A stretch of 64,000 bases of DNA, from NCBI GenBank assembly GCA_023205875.1, contig CP060765.1, forward strand, positions 248,001 to 312,000. The letters are read 5' to 3'. The stretch comes from Chloropicon primus. Lineage: Eukaryota. The notes beneath the pieces were generated by a model that worked only from the letters and a program-made list of their open reading frames with translations, searched no databases and was not told the origin of the DNA. Of the stretch, positions 1 to 10,805 are shown piece after piece. Both the position numbers and the translations under genes were made by a program. Every line of letters begins with the position of its first letter. Position 1 is the stretch's first letter.

Positions 1-53
1 TGTAGGTTTCCCCTTGTAAGGGCGAGATTCCCTAAATTGAAATCTTCCATTGG

Positions 54-425
54 CCAATCGACAACCGATTCACCTTATCTTTGGGAGAAGGAACGTTGGT
101 GACACCTGAGAGGGGACCCTGGACACTCCCCTAGACCTTGGCCTTGGAGGAGGATGTCCAGGAGGAGGATGGATCCATACCACCACCATGATCATCTGAT
201 CCCAGTCGCCCCGCCTCTCCCTCTTTGGTCTTCCTTCAATCCAATTGACAACCGATTCACCTTATCTTTGGGAGAAGGAACGTTGGTGACACCTGAGAGG
301 GGACCCTGGACACTCCCCTAGACCTTGGCCTTGGAGGAGGATGTCCAGGAGGAGGATGGATCCATACCACCACCATGATCATCTGATCCCAGTCACCCCG
401 CCTCTCCCTCTTTGGTCTTCCTTCA
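54..425. repeat. Near-perfect tandem duplication, 2 x 187 bp, CpG-poor
   Basis: ccaat(c/t)gacaaccgattcacc...ttccttca occurs at 54-238 and again at 241-425 with only about 2 substitutions. Confidence 0.95.
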
Positions 426-465
426 TCGTCCGGGCACATCAGTGTTCCACCACTGCGTACTCCGG

Positions 466-1380
466 TCACGTCAGAGCGACGGGCGACTTGGAACCCCCCC
501 CCCCGCCCTCGTCCTCGTCGTCGTCCTTCCTCCCGTCCTTCCGGTCCTGCAGGCAGGCCGCGAGGGAGAAGAGGAAAGGGTGGTAGAACACGTAGCACAT
601 CGGCACCCAGCTTGGGAAGCCGGAGAACGCGGGGTGCTGCACGATCCCGTTGCCGACGCTCGAGCCCGGCGCGAGGAAAGTGTCAGCCCTCGGGTAGGAC
701 CAGAGGTGGAGCTGGCCGATCAGGAGGCACTCGATCAGGGGGGCCGCGACTCCCGCAAAGACGCTGAGGCCCAGGGACTTGAGGGAGTTCACCCTGTCCT
801 CCCGCTTGCTGCCCTTCCCCGCGAGACGCTTGTCGAACGAAAGCCAGTTGGCGCAAGCGAGCAGGGCCAAGACGGCCCTGATGGTCTTGTAGGGCACGTA
901 GTTCTCGTACAGGATCGCGCTCACCTGGAGGAGCATCCCGAGGACGGCGAACCTGACGAGGACCTCGCTCGGCCTCGTGACCCCATCCCCATCCCCCCGG
1001 CAGAGGAGGAGGTAAAGGCCCCCGTCACACGCGTAGAACGCCGCGAGTAGGGCCGGGACCCACACGCTCGTCTGGGCCCCCATGGGGAGGGCGACGCCGC
1101 CCGCAGCCGGGTTGTACGTGAGCACGCCGGCCCTCCCGTGGATGAGATCGAGCGCAGTGCCGACGGTGGCCCCGAACACCGCCAAACCGCCGAGAGGGAG
1201 GCGCTTCAGCCTCGCCGCACCGAGGGAGGGAGAGGTCTCCCCCTCCTGACCTCCCCCGCCACCCCTGGCCGCCCCAGCCACAGATCCCCGCCATCGACCC
1301 CTAGCCCTCCCGATCTTCACCACCGCACCCCTCCGCCCCGGACCTCTACTGAGTACTGACCCGGTCCCACCCTGCAGCAT
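466..1380 (-). CDS. INSIG-like integral membrane protein, probably organelle-targeted
   Basis: First ATG in frame at 1380 (MLQGGTG); R/G/S-rich leader; several hydrophobic helices; G..LD.IH...GVL.Y and W.YP...FPSWVP..Y.FY motifs typical of plant/algal INSIG-domain proteins. Confidence 0.6.
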   Translation of the reverse strand: MLQGGTGSVLSRGPGRRGAVVKIGRARGRWRGSVAGAARGGGGGQEGETSPSLGAARLKRLPLGGLAVFGATVGTALDLIHGRAGVLTYNPAAGGVALPMGAQTSVWVPALLAAFYACDGGLYLLLCRGDGDGVTRPSEVLVRFAVLGMLLQVSAILYENYVPYKTIRAVLALLACANWLSFDKRLAGKGSKREDRVNSLKSLGLSVFAGVAAPLIECLLIGQLHLWSYPRADTFLAPGSSVGNGIVQHPAFSGFPSWVPMCYVFYHPFLFSLAACLQDRKDGRKDDDEDEGGGGGSKSPVALT

Positions 1381-1789
1381 GACAAAACAAAAACACGATA
1401 AGTTTCTCTTCCTGGCGTCGATGCGGCCAACGAAGGGTTCAACGGAGTGCTTTCGATAAGCACATCTTTCGTGCGTTTCGTTCACCTCCACACCCCGTCC
1501 TCCTCGACGCCCGTGGCAAGGGCTTGGTTCCCAAGGCCGTCCTCCCCTCCTCGTCGTAGATCGAGCGTCACAAGTTCAGTCGCCTCCAAGTCAATCCTCC
1601 ACCAAATGGCGCAAACTTGGTATCGACAGAAAGATCAGAGAGAGAACTATCGCGATCTTGGGCGCCCGCGCCTGTCATCCCACCACCCGAACCTCTGCCC
1701 GTCCTTTTCGTGGTCGCCGCTCTGTTGCCGTTACACGCCTACCCCGCGTCAAGTGTACACTTTGTGTACACCCGTTTCTCACCCCCGGT

Positions 1790-2245
1790 GGTCAAAGGCA
1801 GAGGCCGTTGATCCCAAGGAAAGGAAATCAAGGTGGAGTGAGGTGGAGGCCTAGGAGCACGACAGGGAGGCCAAGAACACGCAGGTTCCGGGGTCGAAGG
1901 CGTGGCCTGGAAGAAGCAGAAGCAGACTAGAGTGGTGGAGAACCGAAAATTCGATCCAGCTTTGCTTTTGGTTTCGCTTGTTGGGGTCAAAGGTGAGGTG
2001 AACCCGTGGTGTCCGAGGGAAACAAAGTGGAGGCCTAGGAGCACGACAGGGAGGCCAAGAACACGCAGGTGCAGAAAGTTGTGGCGTGGCCTGGCAGGAG
2101 CAGGCGAGGGCCAGAGTGGTGGAGGACCGAAAATTTGAGCCAGCCTTGGTTTTGGTTTCGCTTGTTGGGGTCCACGGCAAGGGAAGGACTGCGAGGGAAA
2201 CCCAGGAGGCCTCGGAGGAGAGGAGAGGAGAGGAGGCCAAGAGCT
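1790..2245. repeat. Diverged tandem repeat, ~184 bp period, ~2.4 copies
   Basis: gtggaggcctaggagcacgacagggaggccaagaacacgcagg at 1843 and 2027; agagtggtggag.accgaaaatt...ttttggtttcgcttgttgggg at 1929 and 2113; partial third copy near 2205. Confidence 0.9.
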
Positions 2246-2504
2246 GACGAGGTGTGGAGGAATTTGTAATGGTATAATCCGGCAGCGTAAGGAGAAGGCC
2301 AAAGAACTGGAGGACCGGAGAGTCAAGCCAAGTTGTTCTGCGTTCCCTTTTTTGTTTTGGTGGGGAACCAACCTCTCTCCCCTCGCACACCAGCAGTGTG
2401 CTTTGGTGTGCGAGTTCAAAGGCAGCAACTTTGAGCCTGAAGCACAGCAAGTAGCGGGCTGAGCATCGCGGGGAGCGGTGAAAGAGAGCACAGCAGGAGG
2501 AAAG

Positions 2505-5500
2505 ATGACGGCTTTCGAGGAAGAGATGGAGGAGAAAGACCTCAAGCCCGAGGACATCATGCAGAGCTTGCCCAAGCGCAAGGTCAGGCGCATGAGTGTC
2601 ACCAGGGTTGCCGAGCAGAAGGACTTGAGGAGGTTTTCGATGGGGTTCGACGACGTCAGCAGTATCAGGGAGATACTGACGGATCAGACGTTCTCGTCCA
2701 ACCACACTCCCCCGGACGTTACTGTGGAGAGGAAGACCAAGGAGATAGAGCACACGCTCAAGAGGATGGACACTCTGAAGCGGGCGCAGTCGAGCCGAGC
2801 GGAGTCTCGCAGAGGTCGCATCGAATCCATCTCGATGATGATGGGAGGCGAGGGCTCGCCCCTGGGGACGCCTGGAAGGCCGCACAGGAGGTCGCTCCGA
2901 GGCTCTTTCCAAAAAATCAACAGGAGCGACAAGGCCGCCGCAAACTTGTACGAGCTGATGAAAGGCACGGAGTTCTTCAAGCAACTGCCGCGCAAGGCTG
3001 GCATTGAGGTGTGCCGCCACATCGGTTACAAGAGCATCTCGAAGGGAGGCCTTCTGTTCCGCGTGGGCGAGCCCGGCCTAAGCGTGTTCTTCATCCTATC
3101 GGGCAGCGTCAAGGTTTACCTGCCGGAGAAGGGCAAGGAGGAGGCAGGGGATGGAGAAAGGGCTGCGACTCCCAAGCCGAGGACCAAGACGGTCACCAAG
3201 CGGAGGAAAGTGAAGAGGAAGAAGAAGGTGGATGACGAAGAGGAGGAAAGCAAAGGGAGCGAGGGGTACGAGGATGCCGTGATGGGTTCTGGAGCGGAGG
3301 CGGAGGACGGGGACGATGAGGCCTCGGCGTCGCCTTCAACTCCAGCCGAGGAGGGAGAGGGGGAGGAAGAAGCAGAGGGAGAAGGAGAAGAGGAAGAGGA
3401 AGAGGAGCCTGTCTCGGCTTCCACCTCAGATCCAGCAGTGGAGGAGAGTGAAGCACGGGGCGAGGAGGCGGAAGAGGCGAAGAGCGAGGGGGATCCGGCA
3501 GGGAAAGAGGACATCGCCGCAGAAAGCGAAGTGGAGGTAGTAGAAGAATCGGCCGATGAAGATGCCACGGAGGCCAGCGCAAGCCAAGCCGAATCAGTGG
3601 ACGCACCCGACTCCTCTGCGTCAGGGAAGGAGGAGGGGGACGAGGCTCCGCCTGCAGATCCTGCCGAGGCCGACGAGAAGGTCGAGGAGGAGGAGGCCGT
3701 TGCTGCTGCAGCAGACGAGTCTGAGGGGGCAAAGGAGGCCACTGCCACGGAGGAGAAGACGGTGACGTTCCAAGATGAGGTGGGGGGGTCCACTGACGAC
3801 GGAGAGGAAGACGCGGGTGGATCGGAAAGCAATGACGAGTCAGAGCGGACCGACAGCGACGAGATGGGTCATGACGACGACGATGACGATCTGGCCTCTG
3901 ACGAGGAGTGGGAGTACTATGAATCCGAAGAGAAGCTGCCAGAGGACTACGGGCGGTTCATCGTGGAGCTCCACTCCCCTTCGATGTTCGGAGAGCTAGC
4001 ACTCCTGAGGGAGAGCCCGAGAACTGCGACGGTGGTGTGCGAGCCCGACACCGAACTCATGGAGCTGGAGAGGCACGACTTTGACCGTATCTTGAGGCGG
4101 ATGGGAAACGTCGTGTTCATGCCAGAGAGGCTGAAGGAGATTCTGAGCGTCGAGCCGAAGAGCAGGACGGCGGAGAACAACCTCATGGCCCTCGATCTCC
4201 TGGGGAGGCACAAGTTCTTGCAGAACTTGGACAAGGACATCGCCACACAGCTGATAGGCAAGCTGACGCTCAGCGTCATTCAGGAGAACGAGCTGATCTT
4301 CAGGCAGGGCGAGGTCGGTTCGCAGTTTTATATCATTCTAACGGGAAAGGTGCACGTGTTCGCGGACCGAAGGGGGAAGAAGGAGGAGCCAGAGGAGCAG
4401 AAACCGCCTCCGGAGGACCCAGAGAGCCCGGAGGACAAGAAGAAGGGGAAGAAGGGCAGAAAGGGATCCCCTGACAAGGAGAAGAAGAGCAAGAAGGAGA
4501 GGAAGAAAGCGAGAGAGGCGGAGACGGTAGAGGAGGACACCGCCCCGAAGCAAGGCTTTGAGCAATCTGCCATCATTTCCGAAACAATCTACAGCGGTCA
4601 CGGGGACAGGATGGTCCCTCCGGAGATGTGGGAGGAGGTCTTGGGATCGAAAAAGCAGACCCTCCAGGGCGGGGACTCGTTCGGAGACAGGGCTCTGCTT
4701 CAGAAGCACACCTTGAGGACGGCGTCATGCATCGCTGCTGAGAAGACGGAAATCATGGTCTTGTCCCAAGCCGACTTCAAGAAGCTGTTCGCCAAGGACA
4801 GCAACGAGGTCGAGGGCTTTGAGAGGGTCGCGGAGCTTCTTCAGATTGACTCTGGAGCCAGGAGCAAGGACCAGCTTGACGAGCTGGCCCAGCTTCTGAC
4901 GAAGACGAGTTCTTTCTTCCAGACGCTGGACCCTGGCCTTCATTACGATATCTGCCAGGCGGCGAGTTATAAGCGCTTGCAGTCCAACGACGTTGTCTTC
5001 GTCCAGGGTGAGGTCGGAGACGCCTTTTACGTTGTCTTGCGAGGGACGCTGAGTCTGCACATCAAGGGCACCCCCGGCCTGCCTCCCCCGAAGAAGGAGC
5101 CGAAGGAGCCCCAACCTGGCGAGGAAGACCTCGAGGATGAGCCAGAGGACCTGACCGAAGTCTACGGGCCTTGCATCTCGGTCCTCAGTGGCGGCCAGAG
5201 TTTTGGTGAGCTCGCCTTGCTGCACGGAATGCCCAGAACGGGAACTGTGCTGTGCCAGGACGAATCAGAGCTTCTCGTGCTGTGGAAAGCGAATTATGAC
5301 GAGATTTTGCAGACTTCGCAAGCCAGGGAGCTCGAGCGCCAGGTCGCGTTCCTCCGAAATCTTCCAAACTTGGACAACCTGTCCACGGGACGCTTGATGC
5401 GTATCGCGTACTGCTTCCAACTGAAGGAGCTCTCTCGGGGCTATACCCTTTTGCAGGAAGGCAAGACTTCAGAGAAGGGCCACGTGTACGTTTACATTGT

Positions 5501-6551
5501 CAAGGAGGGCGCCATCAAGATGGTGCGAAAGACGAACATGAAGAAGCTCGCGGGCGACTTCCACGCCAGCGTGGCACCGAGCGCCAGGTTGTCCATCCTG
5601 TCCAACCTGGGCCTGGCCCCAAGAGCAAAGCCTGGCAAGGCTTTGTCGACGACCAAGGGGGGGATCAACACCAACCACGAGGAGACTCTGGGGCTCCCCC
5701 AGGAGACGGAGATCTGCGTTTTGGGTCCCGGAGAAATCTGCGGAGACATCGCTGCGTTCCTTGATGTGCCGCAGCCAGTCTCAGTCACCGCGGTGTGCGA
5801 CACGGTCTTGCACGCGGTGAAGCTGGAGGACCTCATTAGGTCTGTGTCGGACGAGACGATCTTGGAGGAGTTCCGCCACACGAGCAAGAACAGGCTCAAG
5901 TGGATTCTCGAGAGGGAGGCCCGCATCACGAGCACCTGGACATCCTACCTGAAGCAGGCCCAGGAACTGCGGATGACGAAGAACCTTTCCACGCCGAAGA
6001 AGAGCAAGGGCTCCAAGAGGGATGCGTCAGGGAACAAGACTCCGAACTCCAAGAAGGGTGGCAGCAACGAGTCCAGCATCGTGGCTTCGACGGGCATGAC
6101 GAAGACGAGCGTGGTGTTCCAGAGCCGCAGCCTGGTGGAGCGGGCCGAGGAGGCCATCAAGAGCCTCGTGAAGGGGACCCAAAAGCTCGACAGCAAGATG
6201 TGGGACACGATGAAGGGCATGGACGTCTCCATGACGAAGCATTACTGGTCGCCCAGCAAGAAGAACAACCACCCCGAGAGGTCGCACAGCGGCAGCGTCA
6301 AGCTGCCGAGCATCAGCCAAACCTCCACGCCAACGAAGAAATCGAAAGAGAAGTCTCTTGCCCAGATCCTTTCCAGCAAGAGCAGCATGTACCTCTCGCC
6401 AGGACAGACGCTGAGCCCTGTGAAAATTCCGCCGATAGGCACCCCGAGCCGCTTCCGGTACAAGAGGTCGCCGTTCAACTCGAAGGTCGTGCCCAAGAGT
6501 CCAGTGTCGACTCCGACGGGCACCCCATTGTCGCAAAGGACGGTGGCGTAA
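2505..6551 (+). CDS. Protein with four cyclic-nucleotide-binding (CAP_ED) domains and acidic/Lys-rich insertions (CNBD2-like)
   Basis: Repeated (L/I/V)FxxGExGxxF(F/Y)(I/V)xxGx(V/L) and FGELALL...PRT(A/G)TV motifs; first ATG at 2505 (ORF track starts on GTG 2478). Confidence 0.85.
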   Translation: MTAFEEEMEEKDLKPEDIMQSLPKRKVRRMSVTRVAEQKDLRRFSMGFDDVSSIREILTDQTFSSNHTPPDVTVERKTKEIEHTLKRMDTLKRAQSSRAESRRGRIESISMMMGGEGSPLGTPGRPHRRSLRGSFQKINRSDKAAANLYELMKGTEFFKQLPRKAGIEVCRHIGYKSISKGGLLFRVGEPGLSVFFILSGSVKVYLPEKGKEEAGDGERAATPKPRTKTVTKRRKVKRKKKVDDEEEESKGSEGYEDAVMGSGAEAEDGDDEASASPSTPAEEGEGEEEAEGEGEEEEEEEPVSASTSDPAVEESEARGEEAEEAKSEGDPAGKEDIAAESEVEVVEESADEDATEASASQAESVDAPDSSASGKEEGDEAPPADPAEADEKVEEEEAVAAAADESEGAKEATATEEKTVTFQDEVGGSTDDGEEDAGGSESNDESERTDSDEMGHDDDDDDLASDEEWEYYESEEKLPEDYGRFIVELHSPSMFGELALLRESPRTATVVCEPDTELMELERHDFDRILRRMGNVVFMPERLKEILSVEPKSRTAENNLMALDLLGRHKFLQNLDKDIATQLIGKLTLSVIQENELIFRQGEVGSQFYIILTGKVHVFADRRGKKEEPEEQKPPPEDPESPEDKKKGKKGRKGSPDKEKKSKKERKKAREAETVEEDTAPKQGFEQSAIISETIYSGHGDRMVPPEMWEEVLGSKKQTLQGGDSFGDRALLQKHTLRTASCIAAEKTEIMVLSQADFKKLFAKDSNEVEGFERVAELLQIDSGARSKDQLDELAQLLTKTSSFFQTLDPGLHYDICQAASYKRLQSNDVVFVQGEVGDAFYVVLRGTLSLHIKGTPGLPPPKKEPKEPQPGEEDLEDEPEDLTEVYGPCISVLSGGQSFGELALLHGMPRTGTVLCQDESELLVLWKANYDEILQTSQARELERQVAFLRNLPNLDNLSTGRLMRIAYCFQLKELSRGYTLLQEGKTSEKGHVYVYIVKEGAIKMVRKTNMKKLAGDFHASVAPSARLSILSNLGLAPRAKPGKALSTTKGGINTNHEETLGLPQETEICVLGPGEICGDIAAFLDVPQPVSVTAVCDTVLHAVKLEDLIRSVSDETILEEFRHTSKNRLKWILEREARITSTWTSYLKQAQELRMTKNLSTPKKSKGSKRDASGNKTPNSKKGGSNESSIVASTGMTKTSVVFQSRSLVERAEEAIKSLVKGTQKLDSKMWDTMKGMDVSMTKHYWSPSKKNNHPERSHSGSVKLPSISQTSTPTKKSKEKSLAQILSSKSSMYLSPGQTLSPVKIPPIGTPSRFRYKRSPFNSKVVPKSPVSTPTGTPLSQRTVA

Positions 6552-6632
6552 GGAGGGACCCGCAACCGACCAACCACTGACTGTGAACTACTAAAGGAGA
6601 TTTATTACAAATTGTTTTCGAGGCCTCTGCCT

Positions 6633-7154
6633 CTAGTAGAACGTGCCCGTGAAGCCGCACTCAGGGAACTTGGCCTTGGCCTGGTCCGTCGTGTTCTGCT
6701 CCTGGGCCTCCTGAGGCGTCCAGAAGTTAATGACCTCCGTAACCCTGTTCAGCATGGCGATCTTCTCGCTCGCTGGAATCCAGTCCTTGGCCTCGAGCAC
6801 GGCCTTGAGGTTCTCCCACGCGTCGTCCTGGGGCCAGAAGAAGTACTCGGTCAGGGGAGAGCTGTTTCCCTTCCCAAGAATCTGGTCCACAGCGAAGGCG
6901 AGCGTGTCCTTCCCCCAAACGAACTTGAGGCGAAACGTAGGCGGAGACGTCTCTCCCATCCCCTCGAACATCCCTCCGGAGGCATCCTCCGCGACGGCCG
7001 TGGCCCTCAAGCCCTTTCTCAAAGTCCCCTCCCTCGTCTGTGCCCTCCTCCCCGCCTCCCTCGCCGCCACGCCAGCAGCTCTCTGGCAGCGCCCGACACG
7101 CACGCCTCCAGCAGCCGCGCCTCCCACACTCCTCTTCACCAACTGCCTCGCCAT
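6633..7154 (-). CDS. PSRP3: Plastid-specific 30S ribosomal protein 3 (Ycf65 family)
   Basis: LKFVW...AFAVDQ...SPLTEYFFWPQDDAWENLK..LEAKDWI...LNRVTEVINFW signature after an Arg/Ala-rich transit peptide; first ATG at 7154. Confidence 0.92.
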   Translation of the reverse strand: MARQLVKRSVGGAAAGGVRVGRCQRAAGVAAREAGRRAQTREGTLRKGLRATAVAEDASGGMFEGMGETSPPTFRLKFVWGKDTLAFAVDQILGKGNSSPLTEYFFWPQDDAWENLKAVLEAKDWIPASEKIAMLNRVTEVINFWTPQEAQEQNTTDQAKAKFPECGFTGTFY

Positions 7155-7234
7155 CGCTCTGCTCACTCTGCCCGCGCACGCATGGCCAGCCAAAGCACAA
7201 AACAGCGAAAGTCAGTCGAGTTCAGTCTCATGCT

Positions 7235-7330
7235 TCTCCCTCCTCACCCCGTGGGTCATTCCCTTCGAGCGAGGTGTCGTTCGAAAGATCACGAAACGAT
7301 GATTCCCGCAACAACCCTCCCCCTCTGTCT
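7235..7330 (-). promoter_or_regulatory. Oriented upstream element copy (core 7277-7288), 5' of PSRP3
   Basis: Minus strand gagggggagggttg...tcgtttcgtgatctttcgaacgacacctcgctcgaaggg. Confidence 0.7.
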
Positions 7331-7514
7331 CTCTGCCGTCCTCGACCTTCGCTTCGTCCGCAAACTCACCTTCCTTTGCTCGACCCTCGTCGGCCGCTTT
7401 TTCCCGTGTTTTTGGATAAGGCGCTGGTGGTCACAAATCAATCGAGGAGGACATCGTAATCCTCGGGCAAAGGGTGAGGGTGTTTGGTAAGAGATTGGAG
7501 GACGAGAGCGAGTT

Positions 7515-7600
7515 CCGGGGCGAAGGCTACCGCAATCGATGTCATCCTTGCCTCGTGATCTTTCCAAAGATGGCTTCCTCGAAAGAAATGGTGCCCTGAA
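7515..7600 (+). promoter_or_regulatory. Oriented upstream element copy (core 7559-7570), 5' of GATase gene
   Basis: ggggcgaagg...cctcgtgatctttccaaagatggcttcctcgaaagaaatggtgccctg. Confidence 0.7.
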
Positions 7601-7706
7601 GACTGCAGGAGGGAATCGAAACCGAAACGTCTCAGCAAGGCGTTGGAGGTGAGTTCGCGTTGAAGTGGAGGAAGGACGTGGTTGTGCTCGCTTTTGACCC
7701 CAGGGG

Positions 7707-8597
7707 ATGGACAGGAGAAGCGCTTGCTCGAGAGGAGGGCTCTTCGCAGCTCGATCGAGTTCGTCCTCATCGCGGGGAGGAGGAATGCGGCAGAATCGCC
7801 TCGGGGCCAGGTCCACGACGGTCATGATGGCGGGGGCTGACGGGAGGAGGAAGTACGCGATACTTGTCACGGGGGAACCTCTTCCCGAGGTGATGGACAA
7901 GCACGGCGACTTTGAGAAGCGTTTCAAGCGTTTGCTCGCTGAGGATGGCGCGGAGGAGAGCTGGGACGCTTTCAAGGTCTTTCGGGGCGAGAGGTGCGTC
8001 TCTTTGGGCGACTACGACGGCGTGGTTGTGACGGGGTCGAAGTTTGATGCGCACGGGCAGGACGCTTGGATCGCAGACCTCATGGCAGACCTCAGGGCCT
8101 GCCACGAGAGGCGTCAGAGGGTTCTGGGGATCTGCTTCGGCCACCAGGTCCTCGCGCGGAGCCTGGGTGGGAAGGTCGAAAGGGCACAGAAGTGGTCATT
8201 GGGGGCGAACAAGATCGCGTTTGATGCGGAGAAAGTCGGTGAATCCTGTGGGAGGCTCGCGGGAGGCGCCCTTGACGACGGGATCGGGGTGGTCCTCAGG
8301 ATCCACCAGATCCACCAAGATGAGGTCAGCGTGCTGCCTCCAGATGCAACAGCAATCGCGAGCTCCCCCGAGTGCGAGAACGAGGCCTTCGTGATCGGAA
8401 GTCACATCTTTTGCGTCCAGGGTCACCCCGAGTTCGACGACAAGATGGTGGCCGATATGCTCGTCCTGAAGAGAGAGAACGGCTTGGACGGCAGCGTGGT
8501 CGAGGAGGGCTTCGCCCAGCTCAAAGCGAATTCCGTCGACGAGCTCACTTATTCCAAGTGGAGCAGGCTCTGCAGAGCGTTCCTGAAGAGCGAGTAG
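7707..8597 (+). CDS. Class I glutamine amidotransferase-like protein (gamma-glutamyl peptidase-like)
   Basis: YDGVVVTGS, LGICFGHQ (catalytic Cys) and QGHPEF (His-Glu) motifs. Confidence 0.9.
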   Translation: MDRRSACSRGGLFAARSSSSSSRGGGMRQNRLGARSTTVMMAGADGRRKYAILVTGEPLPEVMDKHGDFEKRFKRLLAEDGAEESWDAFKVFRGERCVSLGDYDGVVVTGSKFDAHGQDAWIADLMADLRACHERRQRVLGICFGHQVLARSLGGKVERAQKWSLGANKIAFDAEKVGESCGRLAGGALDDGIGVVLRIHQIHQDEVSVLPPDATAIASSPECENEAFVIGSHIFCVQGHPEFDDKMVADMLVLKRENGLDGSVVEEGFAQLKANSVDELTYSKWSRLCRAFLKSE

Positions 8598-8708
8598 CGA
8601 GCGAAGGGTCGGGCGGTGGGGCCCTCGGCTTCCCGTGGTTGTGTATGGCAAACAAAAGTTTGTTTAATATATACTCCATTTATTTCACCCCACAGCAAGC
8701 AGTAAAGT

Positions 8709-9827
8709 TCAGAACCGGAGGAAGGAGGTGAGGACCATCAGGAGGTCCTGGTATCCTCCGCCCTTCCTCGTGAATAGCCGGCCGTTAATGTTCTTCAGAT
8801 GAAAGATCTTGTCCCCGATTTTGTACTGAAAGTCTGCAAGCTTCTTGTAGTTGATGTCCAGGTCCACCATATTCAGCCTCGTCATGAGGTCGGCCACCAG
8901 AGCGTCCACGGCCTCCGTGGTGTTGCTCGTGTCTATGGCGATCGGAGACAAGGGGGATTGGTCGACGAGGAGCATCCTCCGCCTGTTCCTCTCCAGCAGC
9001 TTGCTCTGGCTCTCCGGGGTAGTCACCTGAGGCAGGGGGGACGACGTGGAGAGCTCCGGGGTGAGCATGCCCGTGCTGGCCATGCCCTTCCCCCTGGGCG
9101 AGGCCTCCATCCTGGCTTGCCTGCTCGTGGGGTCAAGGGGAGTGACCTTGAGCTTGAACTCCCCGCTCAAGTTGCCTGACAGCGATTCCGAGAGCTTGAG
9201 CAGAGGTATTTCCACGCCCATCACGTTGTTTCGCTTCAGTTGCTCTACCGCTATGGCGTTCTCGAGGATGAGGACCCTATTCACCCTCTTCAGCTGGTCC
9301 AGGGAGGTCTCTGCCGCTTCCAAGGCGTACTCACTGTCCTCTGCCCTCGCAGCGGCCTCGGTGGCCTTCGAGTTCGCCGCATCGACCTTGGCCTCGAGCT
9401 CCTCTCTGGTTTCCTTCCTCTCCTTCTTCTCCGAAGCGAGCTGGTCCCTCAAGTCCGCGATAGTTGACTCACTCTTTTCCAAAGCTTTGACCAGTTTCGA
9501 GACCAAGTTTTGCAGGTCCTGGGCCTTTCTTGCGACGCTTTCGCCGCTGACGGAGGGCTCGTCCTCCTCCGCACCCCTCGAGGAGGAGGAGTCGTCCGGA
9601 TACAACTTGTCTTTGCAGGCAGCTTCCGAGGCAGACAGGGCCTTGGCCACTTTCTCGACAAGGGACTTATCCACAATCTCGTAACCCTCGTCGTCAGTTT
9701 GCACATCCTTTGCCTCTGCGTAGTCCACCTCAGCATCGGCACTGGTGAGGACCTGCTCCTTGGCAAAGGCTACGACTCCGCTCCCCTCCGAAGGAGGAGC
9801 TTCTGCTTCAGCTTCAGGCATCATCAT
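8709..9827 (-). CDS. Coiled-coil protein with C-terminal GAS2-related (GAR)-like domain
   Basis: Central heptad-rich segment; C-terminal YKIGDKIFHLKNINGRLFTRKGGGYQDLLMVL resembles the GAR consensus Y.(F/I)G......R.GGG(W/Y)..L..FL. Confidence 0.65.
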   Translation of the reverse strand: MMMPEAEAEAPPSEGSGVVAFAKEQVLTSADAEVDYAEAKDVQTDDEGYEIVDKSLVEKVAKALSASEAACKDKLYPDDSSSSRGAEEDEPSVSGESVARKAQDLQNLVSKLVKALEKSESTIADLRDQLASEKKERKETREELEAKVDAANSKATEAAARAEDSEYALEAAETSLDQLKRVNRVLILENAIAVEQLKRNNVMGVEIPLLKLSESLSGNLSGEFKLKVTPLDPTSRQARMEASPRGKGMASTGMLTPELSTSSPLPQVTTPESQSKLLERNRRRMLLVDQSPLSPIAIDTSNTTEAVDALVADLMTRLNMVDLDINYKKLADFQYKIGDKIFHLKNINGRLFTRKGGGYQDLLMVLTSFLRF

Positions 9828-10499
9828 CTTGGAGTTGACAATTGAAAACAGTTTTGAGCTCTACACCCTTTCGCCTGATTGGCAACCTTGCAGCTACTCA
9901 GATGCAACAACAGCTTGACATGCTGGTGCACGTCACCAGCAACTCCAACGTGACAACGACGAGGATACAGAGGTTATGGGCACCACAGAACAACCCAGAG
10001 AAAGTGTCAAGTCCTCCCTTTGGGTCCGAGCACACAAGTTTTTGACAAAGAGAAACTTGTGGCTTGAGGAGATCAAACTTGAGTTTCGGACTGGTGTCAA
10101 TTGCAGTGCCAGCCTCCCTGGATGCTTGCGCTGTACCTGGAGACACACGCACACTCTCTCTGAAGAGTCCAAGGCCTAGGTTTCTCTCCAGCTGGAAAGG
10201 AAGGATTGCTTGTATAGCGTTAATGATCCAAGGCAAGGAGGTGCATAGATCCCAAGGACAATCTTTCCAAGGGAACTTGGACCAGACAGAGGAGAGGAGA
10301 GAAGGAGGAGAGGGGTAATGCTTGCGTCCCTGGATCCCAACGTGCGCTCCTCGTGACCATCTCCTTGTGCTATCCTTCAACCCCCACGTCCTTAAGTCCT
10401 GATGTTTCCTTCCCTTGGCACCCTCCATCGACCAAGGAAGGGGAAGGTTTGACCCATGTCGTTACAAGAGGCCAAGAGGGTGGGAAGCAAAGAGGAAAG

Positions 10500-10805
10500 G
10501 GAATTATATGGCTTTCGCGGGCGAATGGGCTCACGAGACTCACTCCTTGCGCAGGCTTTACCTTGGGAGTGACCCATCCTATCGCATCCCATCGCATCCC
10601 AGCCATCTTGCTTCAAGCTTTTCACTGGAGGGGGAGGGACTTTGGGTTCGATAGACCAAACTTTTTTGAGTTGCTTTGAATTCATTGGCTTTCGCGGGCG
10701 AATTGTGTGTTCCAACAAACAACCGAGTGGCTTGGCTCACACACCGCCTTACCCTTGGCAGGAGTCGCATCGGCATCACCTTTGCGTGCTTGTTGCCAAG
10801 TGATA
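10500..10805. repeat. Diverged tandem duplication, ~177-190 bp period
   Basis: tggctttcgcgggcgaat at 10509 and 10686; ttacc(c)ttgg and cttg.t..caag blocks recur at similar offsets. Confidence 0.65.

Noticed and set aside
7559..7590. Upstream element as a heat-shock element
   Set aside because: HSE needs alternating nGAAn pentamers (TTCnnGAA); the core is TTC(C/G)AA with much longer conserved flanks
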